From the human T2T-CHM13v2.0 reference genome, Homo sapiens, in the NCBI RefSeq assembly GCF_009914755.1, contig NC_060929.1: a stretch of 64,000 nucleotides of DNA; one strand, 5' to 3'. Made by a program: the position numbers and the translations under genes. Below, piece by piece: positions 54,735 through 64,000 of the stretch. Within the stretch, counting starts at the first letter, position 1. Each line of letters begins with the position of its first letter. The notes under the pieces were generated by a model. It was not told where the DNA came from. It saw nothing but the letters and a program-made list of their open reading frames with translations, and searched no databases.

Positions 54735-54740
54735 AATAAA
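54735..54740 (+). terminator. Distal polyadenylation signal of SGCD
   Basis: AATAAA preceded by several TGTA (CFIm-type) motifs and U-rich sequence within ~120 nt, and followed by a pyrimidine-rich stretch. Confidence 0.7.
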
Positions 54741-55919
54741 AATAATGATTGGTAAGAAGGAAAGCACCCTTGTCCACTTCTTTAGGGAATTCCTCTCTCA
54801 CAGCTAATAAATCAGTCACTCCTATTGACTCTACCTCAGGAATAAATTTTCAGATTAACATCTCTTCCATATCCCTTTGATCAGTTGGGTAAGCCATTTT
54901 GACTCTCGGGAAGAAATTCACACAGGTTGCCTTATGAAAAGAGAGCTTACTATAAGGTAAAACATGGCCTGGAATTTGGGAGTCCCCAGGATTTGGAGCA
55001 TGTCAAGGGAACAGCCATCCTCAATTTCTCTTCTAATGACCTACATAGGCTTCTCTGGCCACAGTTTACTACTGCCCTCTCCACTGCTCCCTTCTCTGTT
55101 TTTCAAGAAGCAAGCCAGATTGGTTCCTAATAGGTAAAACCTTTACAACCAAGCTGCTTTAGTGCTCCTGGTTAGCCTACAAATAAGCCATCTTTGAGTC
55201 AGGTGCTTATCCCTCATGCTCCCTTAGATGGGGCCATGGGTGAGACAATCGATGAGAGAAGGCATTGTGGCAGAACCACTTGGATCCACTCACCACAATT
55301 AATTCTTCATTTTGAGCATCTCATCTCTCCTGGTCTTCCACAACGACAGGTCAGTGGACATGCTAGAATCTGCCTAGAATTTATTCCCATCCAGCACCAC
55401 CCACCCCAGGATATCATCCTTCATGATCTCATCCACATATCATCTTCTCTCTGTGGCCCTCGTCATTCTTCCTTGATTCCCTCATTTGTTCTAATTTCTT
55501 ATATAACCCTACATTGTACTATGATTTACCCATTTACCTACCTATCTGGGACCCCAGAAATGCTTATATACATTCCTAAAGTTTATATAGAATCAAATAT
55601 ATATCTAAATTGATCTTCACAACATTATAAGGTAGATAGGTAATTTCCTTATCTAGAATATCTAAACAAATTTTACATATCTAACATGTGACAGAACCAA
55701 TGTCTTTTCCCAATTGGATTTTCATCTAAGGCCACATCTTATTTCTTACATCCTGACTCCAAATATCACTGAAGCAACATTACAGAACTCCTAAGATAAA
55801 AGGATTTGATAAAAATATTATTCCCAGGCAGAGCACAATTTATTTCCAAAGATGCAGTAATTTTATTATGTAGCTTCTGTTTGGGAAAAATTTACCAAAA
55901 AACAAACAAACAAACAAAC

Positions 55920-58190
55920 AAAAATCTAAATCAAAGGTAATGAAATCACAATTCAAGAGACTTGGTGAGAAAAACCACTGAATCTTAGCTAAAAAGATAA
56001 ACTCTAATGAGAGACAGAAAGGCTGTTACTGACATGTCAAACTAATTGACATCATTGTTGAAACAAAATTAGAAAGCAGATAAAATACCAGGAAGCTAAA
56101 AAAAAGCTCTTTGCCTTGTCTTCCAAGGAAGGAAGGTTTAAAAAGTAGCAAATAGGTATAAATCAGCAACTTTTGAGATTTCTTCTGATCTTTACCCCTT
56201 TAAAAGAGATATAAGATTCTATGGCTCACTTTACCCTACGAAAAGAACCCAGGGTAGGGCAGGGGTCGGAATAGGGATCAGAGTGTAAAGGAATAAGCCA
56301 AGTGCATTTCAGAAAAACTTGTGAGCAATGTGTATGCATTAGCATCTCCAGTTAAGTCCAGTGATAGGGTAATTTTAATTTGTGAATGTCAATTGTTAAT
56401 TATTCTCGATAACACCGAACTCTTGCAGCTGAGGCTCAATATACAGCCCCCAAGAAAGACCCTTATGACCCATCAATGGACAGACGATGGATGAAGCTGT
56501 AAGACTCTCTGGCAGAAGTAATTAAACATAAATTTAAAAAACACTTGTGAGATTTTTCCAGACAACTCACACTAGAATCTAAAATGGGTACATAAAATGT
56601 GAGAATAGAATCTTCCAAATTATATTTTAATAGGAAGTAAGTATTTGGAACAGCCAAATTTAGGATAATAGATATTAAATCAAGGGTAGAAATTATAAGA
56701 GTATATAATTGATTTTAATCTATTAGAAGATGAAGTCAAACATTGCATTTAAAAACATTTGGTGCAAAAAATTAATCTATTAAACAAGTAAAAGGAAAAT
56801 CAATATTTTAAAGTAGACACTATGGCAAAAAGTATAGGAGAGATTCAGATTAACAAATTTATAATAATAAAATGCCCTGTCTAATTGATTATACATGATT
56901 AAACCACTGTGCTGAGCAGGCAAGTAACCAAAAACAAAAATCCAAAATTTTGAAAAATAAACAGAAGAAGCTTGACAAATTTAATTGCAAGGGAAAATTT
57001 TTAACTACTCCCCTGTCTTATAACTTACAATATGGCAAAGCAAAAAATTAACTCATAAACACACACACAAACACCTCTCTGCACATGGCAGGAAAGAAAA
57101 AAACTTCTTTTTGTCAATAATCATATAAATGAAATAAATATCATCTCAAAATGAAAACGTTAAACTTTTCAGACTATATTCTCTGAAAGTAAAAACAGAC
57201 AATATATTTTATATTTACATAAAATCCCAAGAATTTAAAAACATTTCCCTAACTGGTGATTTGAGAAAGAAACAAGCCTATTTAAAGAATAACAGTTAAA
57301 AATGCTACAAATGATGAAATTTAGCCAAAGCAGTCTTTGACATAGTAAGAGCATTTAAACTTGTCAATAGAGAAATGAATAAATAAAGCATTCAACTAAG
57401 ATTCCAGAAGAATCAAGAAAAGAACAAAAATCAACAAAACTAAGATGGAATAAGTAATTCTAGATTTTACATCATAAAAAAACTAAAAATCTAAAAAACA
57501 AAACTGCTGATAAATCTTTTAAAATATTAAAATAAGCTTAATAACACATAAAATAAAAATGTGTTACACCAACATAATTCCTTGTAAGAAAAATAGAAAA
57601 CCTTGATGAAATGTACAATTTTGAAAAAATAACCATAATAAAAATTGGTAAAAATTAGTAAAATTAGTAAAAATTAGTGCTTGTTTCATAAGCAAAAGTG
57701 AAACAATTTTTGTTTAGGAAATTCTACAAAAATATACCTTTTCTGACATAAATAACATTACATATATATATAATGTACATACCTATATACATTCGTAAAT
57801 TAACATGTGAAAAAAATTGCCATAATTGATCTGCTGTAACCTAGGCCAGATAAAAATTTTAAAATTTTGAGAGAGATAAATATTAAATACAGAGACCAAC
57901 TCTCAACTGTATAGGCTAAAATTGATAAAGACTGTCTTGTTTTCCTTTAAGTTAATCTTCACACTTAACAAAATGCCAATACTTTTAAATCTCAACAGAA
58001 ATTTTCTGAGAAGTAAACAAAATAATTCTAAAATTTACCAGGCAAAATAAAAGAGAAAAAAAAAAGGTAAACATATTGTCTAAGAAAAATCATTAGAATT
58101 ACAAAAATCTAACAGACTGTCTAAAAATTACAAAATAGCAATAATGAAGATAATAACATTTCCAAATCAGAGACATAGATCAATTGCATT
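55920..58190 (+). mobile_element. Highly decayed L1M-type fragments
   Basis: Extreme A-richness with remnants such as agaaaaccttgatgaaatgtacaatt and aattctaaaatttacc. Confidence 0.5.
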
Positions 58191-58299
58191 TGATACTATT
58201 TTCCTACCTGGAAAATACCCCTCACCTTTCTTTGCCTGGCTTTCCCCTGCTCACTTTCTAAGATTTTGCTGAGATATGTCCCTTCAAGAAGGCTTCTCT

Positions 58300-58628
<329 letters not shown>

Positions 58629-59466
58629 TCAAGTAAAACTTTCCCTGTACTTTGAGGGCACACTGGACAACCATGATAGAGGGCAACCTCTATCACGGTT
58701 GACATCGTACTGAAGCAACCTATTCATTCTTCTGTTTAGCCTACTAGAATACGGCTCAAGATCAGATGCACGGCTTCCTCACTATTTTATCACTCAAGCC
58801 TAGCAGAGTGCAAGGCGTCTAAACTGAAATCGTTGAATTGAAGAGACCAGAAAACCTAGAAATAGACTCAAGTGAATATAAGAATTCATCATCTATCAAT
58901 TTATCAGTTCAATCTACCGCTTATTCTTAAACACTCCAAGACAGAGAGCAAGAACAAGATGGTGGTCTCTGTACTCAGCTTACAAACGGGCAATCTCACA
59001 AAGAAACAAACAGTTGCAAGTGTGAAATAAGCAGTGATCCAGGAGAACATAGTTCTCCAGGGAAGCTGATAGCTGGAACACCATTACAAACCAAGGGAAG
59101 AGGTAGTGATTACTTGATTGTTATTAGGAAAACCGATCCGCAGCGTCCTTGGTGAGGTTGAGGAGGCTTCAGAGTCACCCCTTAAATTAACTCCAGTGGA
59201 CCAGAGTCAAATGTTTGTTCATCTGGCATCTATTGAATGCCTATTCCCTTATAAATAAATAACACACTCTCTTTACTCTTGAATAAATATCTCAGAGCCT
59301 AATGAGGTAAACAAGGACCTAAAATGATCACTTATAACATAGTATGAGCTGTGAATAAAAGACAAAATAATAGGCCATGGAATAACAACCTACTTAGGAT
59401 CTGTGGAAGAATGACAAGGAAAATCTCAAAAAGGAAAAACTGGCACATTCATGCATATGCAATTCC

Positions 59467-59782
<316 letters not shown>

Positions 59783-61225
59783 TAAGTTCTTTCATCACTC
59801 GTCCCACTCCCACAAATAAGAGAACCTTAAATAATAATAATCAAGTAAATAGGAGAAATGGTTAGAAATTACGAACTTTGATGAGTTAATGCAAATTAAT
59901 TCTTATTAACCCATCAAGATATCAATACATATATGAACAAAGGAGATAAGCACATAATGCACACAAGTGAAAATGTACATTGTTTCCATTCTAGAGCACT
60001 GGAAGATAGCACAATTAATAACCACTTTTCAAGAAAAACAATATTTTCTTGATTTTAAGATGCAATATGATTTTACGAATGGTAAAAAAACCCAACTTCG
60101 ACTCTACCAAATAAAATGTGGTTAAATCTATCAAATAAATGTGGTGAAACCATGGTCATACACTTGCAGAAAAAAACAATAGGATTTAAGTGAGCTGTTT
60201 TTCCTCAACCTATCAGACTGTTTAAATAGTGACTTTATGGAGGGCAACGTAATAAGGCCGTTTTATACCATATGTTTAGACCTGAAAAGAACCTGTAAGG
60301 TAGGCAGCATTTTCCCCGTCTTAGAGAAATCGTGCTCAAAGAAATTAAGAAACTTGCCTAAAGTAATTCTACTAGCAAATGGCAGAGCTTAGTATTAACT
60401 TCAAAATAATTCCTCCCATTATTTGAAGTTGTCTACCTTTCCTGTCAAAATGCAGTAAGACAAACATTTGCCCACTGATGCAATGGGCACTGGTATATTC
60501 TTTCAGAAAGTAATTGGTCAGTATTTTTAAATAGTCATAAAAATGTTTATACAACTTCACCTAGTAAACCTATTTTCAAAATTCATCCGGGCAACAATAT
60601 TTAAATAGGAAAATGTTGTTAGTAGTAGCAGTGTGCACTGTAGCAGAATTTAAAGATGGGAAAACTTAGCAATGCTTCCTAATCAGACGAAGGAGAAGGC
60701 CAACTAGATTATGGTTATTTTAAATTTATGGAATATCACGCTGCCTTTAAAAAAGATTTGTGAGGATTTAATTTCAGTATGGCAAAATTTGATGTTAAAT
60801 ATGTAAAAGTGATGTGCACACATGAATCAAGACTGCTAGGGAAACTGAAAGATGAAGCAAGTTGATTTGGATGGTGATATTGTAGGTATTTCTTATCATT
60901 TTTGTGTTTATAATATTTGTATAATAAAACATTTTCAAAAAAGACTAGTATCTTTTATTTTTCTACAAAATGGAATTAGTGGCACATACTTTGACCCTAC
61001 AAATAATCCTCATGAAGAAAAATTCATAAACCTAAAATTGTTTAACACAGTATAAAAAAATTGGAATTTTCCTTTTTTTCCCCAACAACAGTAACAATAA
61101 GTAAACAAATTATGGTACACCCAATCAATGAAATAAATATTAAAGTAATTTTGGAACTCATGGAAAAATGTCATGTTTAAATAAGTTTAAAATACCTAGA
61201 ATTACATGAAAGATCATTACATTTA

Positions 61226-61576
61226 TGTTTTAGTCAGTTTGATATCCTGTAATAAAGTACTGAAGAACAGGTGGCTTAAAAGCAACACAAATTTATTTCT
61301 CACAGTTCTGGAGACTGGAAGTCACAGATCAGGGTCACGTTCTGGTGAGGGCCCTATCCAGGTAGCAGGCTGACAACTTATTGTATCCTCCCATGGCAGA
61401 AAGAGAGCAAATGATTTCTCTGTGGTCCCACTTAAAAGAGCACTAATCCTATTCACGAGGGCCCTACCCACATGACTTAATCATTTCTCAAAGACACCAC
61501 TTCCTACTACCACCACATTGGGGCTTAGATTTCAACATACAAATTTGGGGGGAACACAAACTTTCAGTACCTTGCA
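61226..61576 (-). mobile_element. MLT1A/B-like MaLR LTR
   Basis: aaatttatttctcacagttctggagactggaagtc...gcactaatcctattcacgagggc...tttcaacatacaaatttggggggaacacaaac. Confidence 0.8.
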
Positions 61577-62689
61577 AGCTATGTGAAAAAATATATATAT
61601 TTAAGGATAAGGATCACTGATCATTTTAAATGATGGCATTAATATGAATCAGGCTGTTTATTTTTGTTTTTCTAAGTAGAGTTAGTTTATTACCATTAAT
61701 TTTATAAAATGAACAAAAATCATTTTTAACCTTGGCTTTAAAAATTATTTAATTTGTAATTTTCAGTTCTTTTATTCAAGTCTACCAATGAGTCAAATTT
61801 GAAAAGACTTCTGAACACAGAGAATACCTGGGGATTTAAGGTTGCTTCTCCTTCTATTCCACAGAAGAATAAAACCTTTGAAAATGTTCTGCTGGCCTCT
61901 GTGATGGCTACAAAGCTCTACTACAGATTTGACATCAAAGGACAAGCCACACATCTAAACTAAGTTTGGGCAACAAGGTGGTAGGAGCTTAGCTCCCCTA
62001 CTGGATTTCAGGCAAGGGCTAGGTGAGAAAGGCCCCAACCCTTCCCCCTTTTAAGAGACATGAAGAGAAACCAAAGAAAATTTAACCACAACTGGAAATG
62101 GATAGCTGTCTATAAATTGTGACTGTAATAACTGATGTAGTCAGGTCTTGGACATCCTTTCTGACCATTGTTACCTTTCATTCACTTTCATTCCTCAAAC
62201 TCCCATAACTACTCCTCCTGTCTCAACATTCCAGGTTTGTTTTGTTAAACCTTGCAATTATTGCAAGTTAAACCTTGCAATTCTAATTCCAAATGGTTTC
62301 ATACAGATTAGTACATCTTAAATCCATCCTTTCCATGATTTCTACACTTCATAACCTACGTCCCCTCCAAAATCTAACTGATCTTGCTGCTCTCTATAAG
62401 ACCCCTTCACAGATAATCTACCAAGGCCCCCAAAATTCTATAATCAACCCCTTCTCCAGTTCAGTTACCATACAGTCCAGACAGTTACCACAGGGGTCCT
62501 TCTCTACTCTTTAAAAGCTAAATAACTGATACACTATAATCTGGCCCAACTAGCTCATCTTTTTTTAATTTTTCTCCTCCAGCCAAATGGGTATTCTCCA
62601 ACGAAATTATGCCCTGTAAGAGGAAAGACTTAACACAGAGTAATGGATACAGTGAGGAAAGGTATTGGTTATGTTGTCAGCTAAACCTG

Positions 62690-63060
62690 TGTATTAGTCC
62701 ATTCTCACACTGCTATTAAGAAATAACCATGACTGGGTAATTTATAAAGGAAAGAGGTTTAATTGACTCACCCTTCCACAGGGCTAAGGAGGCCTCAGGA
62801 AACTTACAATCATGGCAGAAGGGGAAGCAAACATGTCCTTCTTCAGATGGTGGCAGCAAGGAGAAGTGCCAAGCAAAAGGGAGAAAAGCCCCCTATGAAA
62901 CTATCAGATCTCGTGAGAACTCACTATCACGAGAACAGCATGAGGGTAACCTCCCCCATGATTCAATTACCTCCCACGGGGTCTCTCCCACCACATTTGG
63001 GGATTATGGGAACTACAATTCAAAATGAGATTTGGGTGGGGACACAGCCAAACCATATCA
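62690..63060 (-). mobile_element. THE1 (THE1C-like) MaLR solo LTR
   Basis: tgtattagtccattctcac...cacagccaaaccatatca with a perfect 5-bp TSD acctg. Confidence 0.93.
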
Positions 63061-63401
63061 ACCTGTGTCTAACCTAGACCAGTGTTTAAGACCACGTTCC
63101 CTCCTATAGAATGCCTCCAAGTTCTGATCTCAATAACCTGGGCTCCTGACACCTTCAACCATCCCCACTCAGTGTTTAAATTCAGTTTTCTTTAGCACTG
63201 TGTGTATAGTTTGCTCTCTTCCTTGAGGAAGGAAACATTCCTTCTCTTCATGCCCTTTTTTTTTTTTCTCCTGAATCTTGCCACTCTGGACCTACCAAAA
63301 CTGTCAGATCTTTCCTATTTGTAGGAAAGGTCATTTATAATATACACAGACCCAAAAGTATTCTCTCAATCCTGCCCACCTCAAGAAACTCACCAACCAA
63401 A

Positions 63402-63694
63402 TTTTTTTTTTTTTAAACAGGGTCTCGCTCTGTCACCCAGAGTTGGAGTGCAGTGGAACAATCACTGCTCACTGTAACCACTGCCTGCCAAGTTCAAGTC
63501 ATCCTCCCCTTGGCCTCTCAAGTAGCTGGGACCACAAGCATGCACCACCACACCCGAGTAATTTTTGTATTTTTTGTAGAGAGGGAGTTTCACTATGTTG
63601 CCCAGGCTGGTCTTGAACTCCTGGGCTCAAGCGATCTGCCTGCCTCGGCCTCCCAAAGTGCTGGCATTACAGGCGTGAGCCACCGTGCCTGGCC
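63402..63694 (-). mobile_element. AluJ
   Basis: Antisense dimer with gaactcctgggctcaagcgatc; TSD tcaccaaccaaatt / tcaccacccaaatt. Confidence 0.92.
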
Positions 63695-64000
63695 TCACCA
63701 CCCAAATTCTTAAAATCATAGTCTATGTTTACTTTTTCACCATTTGCACACTTAAAGATATCCTCCAATCTAATCATTGTCCCTACCTCTAATATAATAT
63801 GGTTCTCTAAAGTCACCACTGACCTCCTAAATGGTCAAATCAGAAGGTTTTCCAATGGCCATGTCTCCATTTTGACACAATCTAGTCCGAAATTCAGGTT
63901 GTAGTAGACTCTGTTGGTGGCCTCCTCAGCATCCATTTACCCATCCTGTTTCCTTACAGAACCCATCTGGATGAGGCACCCACCCTGTTCCCATGACATC

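Larger units (their letters stand above)
46360..54760 (+). other. SGCD: Long (~8.4 kb) SGCD 3'UTR
   Basis: Repeat-poor unique sequence from the stop codon to an AT-rich terminal block with TGTA motifs and AATAAA at 54735. Repeats resume afterwards. Consistent with the known long SGCD mRNA; exact end approximate. Confidence 0.75.

Noticed and set aside
55194-55613. 139-aa ORF downstream of the poly(A) signal
   Set aside because: Non-ATG start, no recognisable domain, partly L2-like sequence, and no promoter or splice support.

Overview
Human-like (hominid) genomic DNA covering the 3' end of SGCD (delta-sarcoglycan) on the + strand. Bases 1-44549 are the distal part of a long, repeat-rich intron. 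The penultimate coding exon lies at 44550-44673 and can read through its donor to an alternative stop at 44745. The last coding exon lies at 46186-46359, followed by an ~8.4 kb 3'UTR with a distal AATAAA at 54735-54740; the remainder is intergenic. Most of the window is interspersed repeats: a near full-length antisense L1PA, an ~8 kb nested block of old L1s, about 13 Alu/FLAM copies, ERV/MaLR solo LTRs, DNA transposon fossils, MIR and L2. Nearly all ORFs in the track are spurious or repeat-derived. I see no evidence of a new multi-gene system. The most interesting unexplained structure is small-scale: a ~70 bp micro-inversion inside the L1, a chimeric ~130 bp segment copied from sites ~1.9 kb upstream and downstream, and a closely spaced miR-133/miR-1 seed pair in the distal 3'UTR. 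Repeat subfamily names come from my recall of consensus sequences, not from a database search, and ends of old repeats are approximate.
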